Made by a program: the position numbers and the translations under genes
Shown here: piece after piece, positions 1-13,856 of the stretch
Numbering within the stretch: position 1 is the stretch's first letter
Layout: each line of letters begins with the position of its first letter
DNA from: Nemertoderma westbladi
Taxonomy: Eukaryota; Animalia; Xenacoelomorpha
Length of the DNA stretch: 54,130 bases
Assembly: GCA_032718475.1 (NCBI GenBank)
Contig: JAUCBJ010001506.1
Coordinates: forward strand, 1-54,130
Direction: 5' to 3'
Notes under the pieces: generated by a model
The model's input: the letters and a program-made list of their open reading frames with translations, nothing else
Database searches by the model: none
What the model was told of the DNA's origin: nothing

Positions 1-436
1 AAGTAGAGAACAATTTTTAAAAAATTAAAGTTACAATTTTCGGCTAATTGTTTTTCAATACAGGTTTTCTAGGGCGCAGAATCCATTGGCAAATAATTAA
101 AAATTATGTGATTACTATAAATAGCTGTTTAAGTCCTCTGCGTAGGCAAAAAATTAAAAAAACATCTAACCAGCACTTTTCAGTTCGAACACAAAATTTT
201 TAATTCACTTATACGATACTATAAATTCACAGTTTCAGGTTTCCTGGGGCGCTGATTCTAATGGAATACATTTCTAAGTTATCAGATCATTGCTACTCGT
301 AATTTTCGGCGTAATATGGCAAATTTTGATGCTAGCAGCTAATTACGTACCCATCACCAAAAATTACAAGTTTGAGATGTACAGTACAGTACTGTTGTTA
401 TTTATTTCATCGGATTCAGGACCCTCAAAACCCGTA

Positions 437-1700
437 CAGTCCCTATCTCATTCTGAATATTATTTCTCAAACTGGGTATCATTTCTCAAACCTTTTACTA
501 ATGATAGTCAACGGAGAATTTCAGTAGGTAAGACTGGGGTAAGAGTTGAGAAATCAGAAAGATGCAGCCAGCTCAATCTAACTCAAACTAGAGTCTGGCG
601 CCATGGTTTGAGTTAGGTTGACTTCCAACTGTGTCATACTCAGCATTACTCTTCCTGTACGGGATGGATAATTACTCTGGTTGAGTGAGGCACCACATGG
701 GGAAGGGGCCTCTGTCTGTTGCTTGGGCTCTTGAGTTAATGGGTTGAATTACATAAGCTGGGCAGGCCGGCTTGCGTGTGTCTCATAAAAGACATGTCAA
801 TCACGCAGTTCCTTTGTGGGCTTTACTAAATGTATGTTGTTAACTAAACCACACTGGCTCGGTCTGTTTGTAGAGAAAGTTTTAATTCTGGGAATATTGT
901 TGTGGGAAATTGGTGCTCTGTTGTCTGTCTGTTTGATGTCAATTGGTGCCTTACAAGACATATCAGTTTAAAAATCTAATGGTTAATTAAGAATTATTAG
1001 TGCATATGGGACCTCGCAACACCCCCCCCCCCCCCCCCCCCCTCCCATAAATATGGCCCTGTCTATAATTACAGAGGTTTCCTCTGGCCCCTTTGCCCGG
1101 TATACCCACCCCACACCCGGATGTATTGCGAATAATTGTGTTGACGATGTACAGTAATAGAGAATTAAACATTAGTAAAACATTAAAGTTAAACATTAGA
1201 AACATTAGCGAAATATACGCAACATTAAAATAAATTTATAAAATTGGTTGGTTATATTATATGGTTATATTTTAATGTAAAATAACGTTAAAATGTTATG
1301 AGTCATACATACTTAATAAATGTAATAAAAATTAATAAATCTTCAGTTTAATAATTTTTTAGCATATAATTTTTTTATTCTGAAATTTAAAAATAAATTG
1401 AGTCACTGAGTCTGCAACTTAATTCTCACTGTCTACTGGAGTTAATTACACACAAACAAATCAAGTTTAGGGAATGTTATAACAGCAGGAGACCATCAAT
1501 CCCGTAGGCAGAGTATAACAGAAGCGAGTGGGCCATTAAACACAGACAGCTTGTTGTATGAATGCTACACAGTGCACAGTGGGTGGTTACGCGAGTTTGA
1601 GTTGGGTTTGAGTAAACCAGACAGGTTTGAGTTAGTAAGAGTGAGGTAAGAGAAAAGGTACCCAGTTTGAGAAACAGTATCTAGAATGAGATAGGGACTG
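437..1700. mobile_element. Non-autonomous Tc1/mariner-type TIR element (MITE-like), TA target duplication
   Basis: TA|CAGTCCCTATCTCATTCT...TTTCTCAAACTGGGTA at 437 is the reverse complement of TACCCAGTTTGAGAAA...AGAATGAGATAGGGACTG|TA ending at 1700. The joined flanks (CCCTCAAAACCCG-TA-TAACACAAGAAACAAG) match an uninterrupted paralogous site at about 1859-1892. No transposase ORF. Confidence 0.75.
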
Positions 1701-2361
1701 TATAACACAAGAAACAAGATGATACTACAGTATCTATTGATCAATTTGCTTATTTTCAAAAATTTGGTGCTGGCACAAGAATTTTCATCCAGCGCCGAAA
1801 AATAAACGTTTGAAAACAGAACTCTTATGCAATTTTTACTTATTCCATTGAATTTAGAACCCTCACAAACCCGTATAGCGCAAGAAACAAGGCGACACAA
1901 TCAATTGATATACCGGTATTTTATGGTTTCAAAATTTGGTGCTAGCACAAAATTTTGCAGCCAGTTTCGAAAAATATATGCACCATGAGATTACCAGATA
2001 ATATACACCATGACCCGTAATATAGTGTCATTTTCTGATGACACGGACCCCCCCCCCCCCACCCCCCCCTCCCCCAGATTTTTCTACAAATTTTTATCAT
2101 ATTGATTGAAATTTGAAACACCACTAGTTCCACTCACCGTCGATGACCCCATGAAGCAGGAATTTTCGATTTTGCCTTTAAATTATTTTATAAGCGTTTT
2201 AAAAAAGTGTCTTTTACGAAATCGCACCCTCTGTATCGTAGCCATTCTTCACATTAGTCGTAATTTGTTCATATCATTAAAAAACTTGCCTTGCAACGAT
2301 TCGAAATATGTAACAATATCTGAAATTCGTTGAGAAACAGCTGAGACATAGGTGTTCAAAG

Positions 2362-3421
2362 CCACACACCTCCCTCCACTTGGTGCGTGATGCCCTGAAG
2401 TCGCCCTAAGGATACCAAACGAAAGCCGCGCCCTCACCCACCCCATGATACAGCTTCGCCCATTTAGTAGCCAGTATCTCTGATAGCCTCCTCACCTCAC
2501 CGTCATTGTGTACTCAGGAGCGAGTACACCGTCCACTGTAGCAACCAGCGGGGTGAAATCTGATTGCCGGAGAGCACAAGCATCATGGTACTTGTTTTTC
2601 TTCTGAGTTTCGGCATCTATTAGTAGTATAGAGGCTACAGGACGTGCCACATATGAGGGGGCATCATGGTCAACGACCCGAACATCGAACAATGCCCGCC
2701 TCTGTGGCTACCAGTAACCCCTCACTGAGATATCAGTGTGCAAACCCTCCACACCACTTTCCTCGTTGGCCTCCCTGATTGCAGGTTCCCGTGATATGCA
2801 AGATTCATGGAAAGCTAAACTAAAGAGTGCACCCTGGGTATCCCTGACCTCGTTGTGACGCAGAGCCACTAAACCCCCCTTCTTATAGTCAAGCGCACTT
2901 AAAACTTCGCCACAACCATCGCATTTCGATGGGCCATTAACCAGAGGTCGTCCTTACCTAAGGGATAGGCCATCCCGGAACTCATTAGCAGACAAATCGA
3001 ATTGGTGGCGCGCCACTGGAGCTACCGTTAGCCAACCAGAAGCGCGTTCGGAAGTAGCATGTTCAATAGTTCTCACTCTGTCTGGTGTGAAGCCTGCAGT
3101 TACAATACCAAGCACTGCCTCAGCCTTATCTTTCTTCTGGTGCCGAAGGTTGTACTGGGCTTCCTTCAGGCAGCTTAAATGATCTGGTTCTGAGTAATCA
3201 CGGATTCCTTTAATTGCTGCAACTGCTACTGCAGTTCCCTCACGGGAAGCAGTATAAGATAGTGACGCTGTGTTACTTGGATTCCGAATGGCCAAACCGC
3301 CAAAAAGCACAGGTAACTCAAAAAGTTATCGCTCTGAGGTTGACATAGGGCAACCTAGGACAGAAAGGATGAAAGCAGCGGAAATTACTTTCTCAAGAGG
3401 TGCATATAGTGCAGTGGAATC
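2362..3421 (-). mobile_element. CRE-clade (RLE endonuclease) non-LTR retrotransposon, C-terminal part, decayed
   Basis: Minus-strand motifs LPVLFGGLAIRNP, ASGWL, EFRDGLSLR, CDGCG...GGLVALRHNEVRD, DISVRGYW, FDVRVVD, ETQKKNKY and FTPLVATVDG match the thumb, zinc-knuckle and restriction-like endonuclease region of CRE-like elements. Stops and frameshifts are present. Confidence 0.8.
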
Positions 3422-4469
3422 TGTAAAAGCTTTTGTGGACAAAATGAGTCATTTTGCGCAATGCGCTAAATACTCTAAAGGGACTTATAATTGTACACCT
3501 ACGTGTCTGTCAAGAATCCCAAAGTTGGGATGACGAAATCTGCCAGCTGTTTCTTTGTGTGTGGAAATGTTCTTTATTTGAGCTATATTTTCAGCCAATC
3601 AGTACAATCTCCCCGGCCCCGTTCATAGCGGCCTATGGAAAATGGCGCATGCGCCACCTTTTTTCCGAGAATCCTAATTCATTCTCGATTCAGTCAGAAG
3701 TTCTAATGTTTCAGACTTTGCCCAGAACATCAGATGGCTAGAGTCATAAGAACGCAAATCTATTAACTTGTTTCACATCATAACACTGCACAAACTTACA
3801 ACGCTTACTGACTCTTTTCACCGCACTGCTTTAATACTGTTTTTATATTGTTGTTAATTGCTGTTTAAATTAATGGATGTTATATTTGGAGAATACTGAT
3901 AAATAATCGTAAACCCCTCAACTTTATTGATTACTGAGGTAAGCAGAAGGGTGTACCAGTAGCAATTGCGACTCAAATTATAGTGGTTTTTGTAGGAATT
4001 AAATGCTATTTCATAATCCCTGCGTATGTCAGTTGCAATCCTCCTTATATATGATCAAAATCAGTGACAGTCGGCAAATTAGTGTGAATTAGTGTGAAGT
4101 CGTGTGAAGGTTAATAAAGCATTCCTAAAGAATGCGCTGTTTGCGATATACTATAGCCTCCAGTTGTGATTAGTGTAAGTCATTACTCTGTTTGATGCTT
4201 AAAGCGCCACGTCCCAAAGGAACTGTGGATATTTCCCCGAAAGTAAATATAGTTGTCAGCGATTATATAGTAGCGATCAATCGAATGATACAAAGTAGCC
4301 TACACTGCAATAACTTTCTCTATACCCGAATCCAGTCTCCCACACTAGTGGGTCATATGTTGCGCATAGACTCGTTTCAACTGATGTTAATTAGCAAGGG
4401 CAATAGTTCGATTCACAGGAGACACTTAAATTAGCAGGTTAAACTGTTAAAGGTGTAAAAGCGTGAACA
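3422..4469 (+). repeat. 5' LTR of the BEL/Pao element
   Basis: TGTAAAAGCTTTTGTGGACAAAATG ... GGTGTAAAAGCGTGAACA; direct repeat of 20149-21202. Confidence 0.93.
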
Positions 4470-7439
4470 TTAATAGATTTTGTTTCTTTTATTGCTCAGT
4501 AGGCAATAAACCCAAACGTACTGGTCGGACGGTAAACTGTAGGCCTAGTTGACCCGAACCGGTACTTTACCCAGTATTACTTCGATTGTGACATATTAGT
4601 ATACTCGGTAGGCTGCTTAAGATTGAATAGGGGCCTGCAGCACCCTCGTATTTCTTATTGAGAGCTTACTTATTTCTGTTGGCTTTATCTACCGGTAAGT
4701 GTAATATTGAGCAGAAGGCGTGTAAACCTGCTCGGATTGTAAAAGTAACTTATAGGCTGGATTGTTGTCTGATTGTTGTTAGGTCTGAAGTGCGATTACA
4801 GTGTATGTAGGGTACTTGTCCGATAAAGTGCTAGTTAGGCAGTGGAGGCATCCAGTGCTGTAAGGTAAATCCTCCGCGAAAGAATAAGTCGTACTACGTA
4901 GTCTAGAATGCTTACTAACTAATCATTTTGGAGACTGCATATACTGTGGTTTATTTAGGCTTGACGGTGGTCTGTCAGCTTTTTGGTCTGTGTTTTATTT
5001 GAATAGTCTGTACGGGTAGCGTAATATTTATTATTCAGAGTTTATGCAAGTAATTTACAACATTCATGTCCCCAAGTTTATTCCTTACAGTAATTATGCT
5101 TGTTATGCATACTGTTATAGTTAAATTAACCCAGGTACTACTTCAGGACTGCTTGGCGTAGGACAGACTGGTGATTTAGTACTCTGGTTACTCCAGCAGA
5201 TACTGTGGTTCTTTTGGCTGTTCACGTATATTTAACTGCAAGTTATATGTTGTATAAGTGCTAGTACCTAATCTAGGGTTTAGAGTACAGTGCTTTCCTG
5301 AAAGTTAATTTAGTGCGTACGCAGTATATTTGTGTTGTAACGTGGTTAATAGGTCCGTTAGCTTTAGGCTTCGATAATTAATCTCTAGGTATAGGACACT
5401 CCGGGTACGTAGTGTTTATAGTGTAGACTATAAGCCGTCAGACGGTGGCATTTCCTTATCTGGACAACACAACGTATTGAATACTACTTTATTGGTTTCA
5501 AATTTCCGTAAATTCCCTGTCAATCTGTAAGAACCAGAAATTCTAAATTCTTGTTAGTCTGGTTTGTAAAATTCTTGTAAAATTAGCCTAAAAATTGTAC
5601 GTATAACTTTGTTTATTGTTTATTTAGAGATTGTGTAATCTCGACCTGTTACGTAAGTAATTTGTAGTGATAAGTAACTTAGTTAAGGAGAACTATCAAT
5701 ATTTAGTGTCTAACAAGTAGCACTCCACTGAGAGCGTCCAACCTCTGTGTAGTGACTCCGTACTCAGAAATATTAACATTTATTTCAATAATCGACAAAA
5801 CCCATTATGGGTATATATATATATATATTTAGAAATTTAACTCAATCAGATTTATAAATTAGTAGGCCTGTTATACATCAATTAGGTCTTAATTATCAGT
5901 TGATACCTATTGCTTAATATCAGTCATAGAGTAACGGGAAATAATTCCTAAAATCGGATATAATCAGTTATTATTTAATTATTGACATTATCGGTGTTTA
6001 CAGTGAGCTTATTATATATATTTATATAACTTAGGCTAAACTTATATACCGGTATTCAGTGATTGATCCTAGTCTGTTGTAATACTGTTATATATCACTA
6101 TAGGTGTATACTGGTATTCTAACACTGCATATATACACACTGCACATATGCGTTACATTGAGTAACAATATTTGGTAACTGCGAGACTGACAGTTGATGC
6201 TGATTTGCCCTAGACTTATTTTAACTGTTATTATCGCGATAGGCATTCAACTGTAAATAAATTATGTCTGACCCAAAACAAACAATGTCAGATAGTCTCT
6301 TGGAACAGACGATCTGTGACCCAGATCAAAGTATAGATAGGCCCCGACCGAGGTCTAATTACCCCTCCTACTGTACGAAAGGCCATCCCTACACTAGTTG
6401 TGTCGGACCCTAGGTTAGTGAAGCACCATAGGTCTATTATAGGCACTTGGGCTCAAATTAAGCGAGACCAAGCGACGGCTGTAGAACAGCAGCAGTGCCC
6501 TGACCGAGAGGTTATTCCTCAACCACTCAGTAGCTCTAGTTCCAGCACCGAAGAGTTAACGTCCGAGATTGGATCAAAGAAGGAAGAAGTGGTTTACCCT
6601 GACCCACTCTTGATTCTTCCTGGGGCAGTGCTCACTCAAGTTCTTCTAGCCATAGAAGAACATCAAGCGGACTGGACGAGAAATAAACTGTCAACCTGAG
6701 ATAGTTACGCAGGATACCCACTCGATGAATTAAGTCTATTGTGGAAACTCAATGGAACTTTCCCGGACCCGGACTCCCGTTTAACTTATCTGAAGCTGCC
6801 TGGGAAGACCTGCATCAGATGGGCGTGGTTAGAGACACCAGAGATCCCGTTGTATGGAAGAGGTCAGCAGCCAGATATGTACAGGAATTCTTCAACTCCC
6901 TGGGAAGAATGGAAACGCAGTTATTCCGAGGACAACTGGAAGCACCAAAGCAGGGAGAACTGCTATACCAAGTGAGAGAACAGATACTGAGGATCAGAAT
7001 AATCCTGTCCGCGTTTGAAGAAGCCTCGAAGAGAAGTCAAGACACATCACTGCAGGTGGCAGTAAAGACTTGGTTCCAACGAGTGAATGTTAGGGTCCAG
7101 GGAACCACCCAATGGAAGGCTCAGTTAGCAGAACAACTAGCCTATGGAGAATCAACAGATGCAATCTTCTCCCATGAGGAAAGTGAGGCGGTATCCGAAA
7201 AACCTCCAAAGAACGATGCTATTGACATCTATTTGTCTGATTATCAACGATTCATACGTGACAAAGAGCTAAGGAGACGTCTAGCCAGACTTCACCCCAA
7301 CAGTGAGGCAGCCAACTTAATTTTGGACTCATTGGATGCTGAGATGCTAGCGGCGGAACAGGCTAAAATAGATGAAAACATTCTCATCGAGATAGACAAG
7401 GAGGAACAAATAAAGAAAGGATTAATAGAAGATAGAAAA

Positions 7440-7640
7440 AGAGCTGCAGCCGCTGAGGCAGAACTAAAAGCTGCAGCGGCGGAATTGGATCAGAAGGCGG
7501 CAGCGGCAGTGGCAGTGGCAGTGGCAGTGGCAGTGGCAGTGGCAGAAGTTGATCGAAAAGCGGCAGCGGCAGAAGTTGATCGTAAGGCGGCAGCGGCGGA
7601 AGTTGATCGAAAGGTGGCAGCGACAAAGGTAGAACTTAAG
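7440..7640 (+). repeat. In-frame repeats in gag: AAAAEVDRK-like units and a (GTGGCA)n microsatellite encoding (VA)n
   Basis: Visible in the DNA and in ORF 6741..7958. Confidence 0.85.
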
Positions 7641-10600
7641 GCTGCCACGGTAGAAGCTGGAAAGAGAGGAGATGAAGCAAGGGCCCAATTAGAGTTAGAG
7701 AGCATTCAGGCAAGACAGGATTTCTTAAGTAAACAAATGGCGGCGAGTCAGATGCAACTCCTAAGTCGATCTACTCCTCGAAGACATGGATTTACCTCCT
7801 CAGGTGAAGGTACTACCACTGATTCCGAGTGTAGAAGTAACAAATCCCATTCAAACGGATGTAGAAGAGCGCCCAAAAGACATAAGTTGCCTAACTCCCC
7901 CCCCCCCCCCCCCCCTCCCGGTGAGAAGGGAATTAGCCAATGTAGACTTAAGAGATAGAGAGTCAATAACTCAGGTTGTACGAGCAGATAGACTCCCTAC
8001 TATAGTAGATGAGCCAGAAATAATTAAGCCTGCTATCTTTAATGGAGACCCTTTTGCTCCCACAACACAACTCTGAATTCCCTGTACATAGTACCAAACT
8101 TCCCTTAGCTAGTAGACAAATAAGTAATAAAGGGTCTATCTCTTGTGGCCCCGATGTGCCATCCAGCTACCACGTTGGCGGCTCCCGCACCCGCGGTTGA
8201 GTGGATGGAGGAAGGGCGGCAGGAGATGGAAGAACTGCTCGGGCAATTGGCCAAAACCAAGGCTCGCTCTACTGAACAAGTCCGAGACATGGAAGGAACT
8301 GTCCAATTATTCAAACGCGATTAATTAGTCAATAAACAAATGGGTATACCACCACCCCCTGTAACAGTGTGTCAGCCCTTTTGGCCTGAAGTAACTCATG
8401 CGCAAGGTGTGGAGCCTACACGCATCTATACTGCTAGTGAGGTAGAAACTCCTATAGTAAACCCTATTAATAGTATTAAAAAACCTGTTGATAATTATAT
8501 CCCATACCGATCTGATAATAATCCGAGAAATGTATATACCGATAATTCGATATTAAATAGTACGATGGCTCAAGAAAGTTTCACACGTCAGATGGCTAGG
8601 ACGGAAGCTCGTCAAGCTGTAAAGGTGGGAGAGGTCGCCAAGTTTAACGGAGATGAGATGAAATGGTTGCCTTTTAATGAATAGTATAAAGATAACATAC
8701 AAAACTCTGTACTATCGAACGGAGAGAAACTACGATTGCTCATCGAGTGCTTGGAAGGTCCTCCCAAGTTAATGGCGTTAAAGTTTATTGGTCATCCTGG
8801 CAGATTAAGACAAGTCTGGGATACACTTAATATCAGGTTTGGTAATAGGACTAACATAGCTAGATATCTGTATGCGAAATTAGTAGCGCCCAGGAAGTTT
8901 CTTAGCAACGGGATTTTAGAGTTTTCCGATGAGATTCAGGAGATCTGTAGACAGTTAGACTGGTTGGTTAAGTCTCATGAATACCAAAGTTCTATGGTTG
9001 TAGGAGCCATAGCGTCAACTTTGCCAAAGGGCGGAGTAGGTACTCGTTGGGACAAAAAGGTTCTATACTTGATGGATCAAAAGCAGAGAGATCCAACCAT
9101 GGCAGACCTTGTGTCGTTCTTAAACGGAGGGTAAAATTACAGCAAATGAAACAGTCTAGAGAGAAGACTCCGGAAACCAAGGTAAGTGAAAAACCTGTTA
9201 GTAGGAGAAAGATAACACCAGTGTGTTATACCAATTATGAGAGTCAAACGTCTTATGACGAAGATAGTGGCAAGGACACTGAAAGAACTTATTATACGAG
9301 TAAAGGAAAGGACATAAGTAAACCCAAGGTTCGAACTAGTAGCAAGGGAGAACAATTTAAAACACCTCCTACATCTCCCAAGAGAATTCCTGGTAGGAAG
9401 CCCGAAGAAAGAGGTAGCATACAAAACACCATGCAAGCTAAGGTAAGTAACATCAAACCTAAGTGTGTATTGTGCAAAGGGCCCCATCGCTTGAGTGGGT
9501 GTGAGGAATTCTTAAAGAACGAATTGAAAGACAGACATAGTGTCACTTGGGATAAAAGGTTATGTTACAATTGCCTCAGGAGAGGACATCAAAGAAGAAA
9601 ATGTTACTCAGACGTGAGGTGTGCTAAGTGTGGAGCGAAACATCATATCCTACTACACACCGAATTTGATAAGGTAAGTGAACCAGAACTGCATGTACAG
9701 TTCAGTGATGTGAACGACACGGACCATAGTTCAGAGATGGAAGGATTCTATACGGATGAGTTTTCTGATGAAAATGAATCCTGTTATATGATCAACACAG
9801 CCATATATCGAGCCCTTTCTTATGAGGCAGCGACTGATGGAGAGGAATCCCAACTACCCATTCCAGATCGAAAGCCCTCATGGAAGGTTTCGCAACCACC
9901 TGTCAGCATCAGAGAGTTCCCAGTGGTGCAGCTTAGAGTATATGGACAAGGTAAGAGCCTTATAGTCAATGCCCTACTTGATTCAGGTAGTACAGGCACC
10001 TTTATAGATAAAGATCTGGCCGAGGATATATTCGCTGGTCAACAAAGATTCCAAACCAAACTGAATCTTTCCGGGATTATGCAGGTATGGAAATCTACTG
10101 TATCTATTGTTGTCGACTCCCCAAGACGAATCAGGCAAGAACAGTATAAGGTCAGTTAAAATGGTGGCAATAAAGAACTTTGCTGCTAGTCAAGTAGAGC
10201 CTTATAACTGGGATGAGGACAACTTTGCCCAGCAATATAATATCCCCAGATTTAGAACAGATTACCCAGGGGTACAGATACTGCTCGGTCAGAACGCGCA
10301 TGAAGCGCTAGAAACCATTGAGAAACGACCTGTTCGACCGCTACCATCGCAAACTTATGCGGGAAGAACTAGAGTAGGTTGGTATTTCACGGGACCTTCC
10401 CGCGGGACTTTGAAAGAAAGGTTAGAAAGTGAGCAAGTCCATCAGGTAAGAGAGTGTATGGAAACCGTAAAAGAAGAGGAAATCCTAGCTGAGGGAACTT
10501 CATGCTCCTCAGACAACGATGATATCCAGCCAGACCCTATACGACGAGGATAATGCCATCAAACTCCTCACAGAGAATCAAACTTGGACCAATCAATTAA

Positions 10601-13198
10601 ATCTCTGTATTCTCGTATGTCAAAATAACGAACTATCACTTATGGCGACGACGAACTTAATGAGATAGTAGAGTGATACAACAATAAGTTACGTGATGAA
10701 CACGCAGCGCGATTCTTTACCCAGGAAGCTGTAGAGCCTAATTCCGACGATAAAGCATTATCAGTCGAGGAAGAGAGGGCTAAACAAATCCAGATAACGA
10801 CTACTCATTATATAAAAGAGGAGGGTCATTACGACATTTGGTCTGCTTTATTAACCCTATTACTGCTATTAGAACCCAGCTTTATTAATAACCGACCTTT
10901 AGCCGTCAAAAGAATCGAACAATTGCATCGGCGCTTATCATCTAATGATCGAGCCAAAGAGATGTATACGACGCAATTAAAGAAATTTATCGATAAAGGA
11001 TACGCAGAGAGAGTTCCGGAGGAAACACCCATAACGGAAAGAACGTATCACTTGACACATCATTACGTTCATAAGCCCGGAAAATCAAACGAAGTCCGGG
11101 TAGTATTCGACGGCTCCACCCTTTATATGGGACAATCCCTAAATTCGGAACTGTTGCCGGGACCCAACTTACTCCAATCTTTATTGGGAATATTATTACG
11201 ACTCTGGCAATATTCTATCGCCTTTGCCTCCGACCTTGAAGGTATGTTTCTACAAGTTAAAGCGTTACCTAGGGATCAAAATAGCCTATAATTTCTGTGG
11301 TGGCCCGAAGGAAACCTCAACCGAGAACCGGTGGAGTACTGGATGACCATCCAGGCTTTCGGGATCAAATCTAGCCCCTCGAACACTTGTTCGGTAGTGC
11401 GCACCACTGCCGACGATATTAGTGACCCCTTCTCAAAAGCGGTTATCGACAATATCAAACGGGATATTTATATGGATGACAACCTAAAGATCCTCCCATC
11501 GGTGGAAGAAGCAATCGATGTTGCCAAGGGAAAGGTAGAGTGCTTACAACAAGGTGGATTTTGCCTAACCAAATTCACTAGTAACTCCCGTGAGTTCCTG
11601 GAATCGATCCCAATGGAAGATCGAGGTGTTAAAGATCTTGACCTCATTAAGGACAATCTTCCCGAAACTAAAACCCTTGGATTGAAATGGGACATGGAGA
11701 GAGACATTTTATTCTTCCAACTGAAACAATGCGAAAACCCCGTTCGAACTAAACAGATTTGCCTGAGTATTCTGAGCACTTATTTCGACCCATTGGGATT
11801 CATTATTCCTGTCATCCTAGTTGCTCGGAGTCTGGTGCAACAAATGTGGCTCGAAAACCACTCTTGGGATGATCCACTCCAGGGAGAACTGCTAAAGAAG
11901 TGGATGAAGTGGGAGGATTCTTTACGATCTATCGAGAACTTTAAGATTTCCCGCTCGTATTTCGGTCACGTTCTCCCCATGTATTCCTATCAACTCCATG
12001 TTTTTGGAGACGCCAGCGATATCGGAATAGGTATAGTAGCCTACCTTAGGGTTGAAACTCCCGATGGAATTAAAGTTTCATTAGCCACCTCCAAAGCCCT
12101 AATAAACAACAAACTGTGAGTTGATAGTGGCACTATATGCTACAGCCATCGGCCGGAATGTAATGGAAAAGATCAAATATCCACTAGAGAAAGCTGTCTA
12201 TTGTACTGATGCATTACTTGTTTTGGAATATATCACTAATGAAGCCTGTCAGTTCAGCGTCTTTGTTACCAACCGAGTAGCTATTATACTCAGTTGCACT
12301 AATATAGATCAATGGAGACATTGCCCCAGGACGATTAACCCAGCCTACATCGCCTCCAGAGGAGCAACTCCTCAAGAACTGACGGACATCCCAGATTGGT
12401 TAAGCGGCCCCAACCAACTTCCTAAGTAAAGAAGAGTAGGAATGGCCCCCTCATCTCACCACGGTGGAAATCAGGCAAGCCAAGGGAGCGGAAAAGGTCA
12501 AACCAAAAACCCGGACGAGTAAATCCAAGCTGTTTAAGCCAGCGATAGATCTGTCTGTGCTACATACCGCCGGTGAAGCCACTGTGGATCCTAATCAACC
12601 AAAATCCATAGACGTTACTCAAACCCCAAATAAATCCATCATTGAAATCAGGGAAAGAGATTGGAAATCTGGAACACCAGACATCTCAAAGGGACTCTCT
12701 CCTCTCACCCAGAGAGGAGCTCATTATAGCTCCTGGAATTGGCTTCGTGAAGCCATTGTGTATTTAAAGCGATGTTTCCATCATCACTATTCCAGGACGA
12801 AGATCGCAAATGACGCCACTTCGGAAGTAGCTGAAAGGGTCCATGCTACCAAAGACCTTCCCACTTATCAGCTACCTAATAAGTTCCTAACTAATAAGAT
12901 CAGTTACCAAGAACATGACGATACCAACAAGCAAATACTGAGACTCCTGCAATGTTATGAGAATTCCGAAAGGTATTTCCTGTTGTTGAGAAATCCACAG
13001 ATGCGCTTAAGGGATTCTTTTTCTAGCACAATGATAGATGGGCTAAAACGTGTCGGAGGGAGATTAACCATTGCTCCATTGTCCTTTGACACTAAGTTTC
13101 CCATACTAATTAGAAATCTTGAAATACAAATCAAGATGATTGTAGATGTTCACAGTAAGCTTTACCATGCTGGTAGAGAATGAGTTCTTAGCGAAATT

Positions 13199-13856
13199 TG
13201 TGATGGGATCAAAGATCCCGACTGGGTTGTTGAAGTACGTGTCACCGTTCTGCTAGGGATTGTGCTACTGGCTTTGGCCGAAGCCGACTAGGAAAACAGT
13301 ATGAATTGCTGTTGTCTTTGATATTAGTTAACGTATACAATGATAGCACAGTTGAATATTGCAGATAATACAGATAAAATAATTATCGGTAGGGTGGTGT
13401 CGATGACGGTCTAAACTATTGCCAGTCTGCACTAAATGGACTGAATAGCACAACTGAATAACAAACCGGTAATGGGAGGTAATATATGATTAATACATTA
13501 ATATTGCTTCACCTCCTACTCTACCTTAGCCTGCTACCTAATGGATGCTCTCCTGTTCCCTATCACGTGCTTCCCTCCCCCCTATTGGCTAATTTGCTAC
13601 TTGTCACCCTGGCACTCTCTGGGAGTGTTTCCCCTCTGCTGCTAGCCTCTACTAGCTGTGTTCCCTCCGAGGTGGTTTGACCTCTAACCTTCCTTTCTAT
13701 GTGGCTTTGGGGCTTGTGTTGCCCCCCCCCCCCCCCCCCCCCCAATGTCGGTTATGAGACGAGATTAATATTGGAAATCTTGTCTTCCCAACATATTGCT
13801 AAATGCCACTATCCCATTTTCTGGTGGGTAATGAAGTGGAATTGAATCCGCTTACA
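13199..13856. mobile_element. Solo LTR of an unrelated LTR retrotransposon inserted in the BEL integrase
   Basis: Begins TG(TGATGGG) and ends (GCTTA)CA; flanked by AAATT/AACTT (5-bp TSD with one mismatch). Removing it rejoins ...HAGRE*VLSEI to RTHYYFHKPHRALNQVLRNCIPC, the integrase HHCC region. Confidence 0.8.

Noticed and set aside
3454-4434. ORFs 3454..3741 and 4192..4434 with homologues at 20181 and 20931
   Set aside because: The similarity simply reflects the LTR duplication; starts are non-ATG, lengths differ and no domain is recognisable.
7896-7916. Poly-C run as a programmed frameshift in gag
   Set aside because: Similar G/C homopolymers are scattered through the window; slippage or a sequencing error is more likely in a decayed element.
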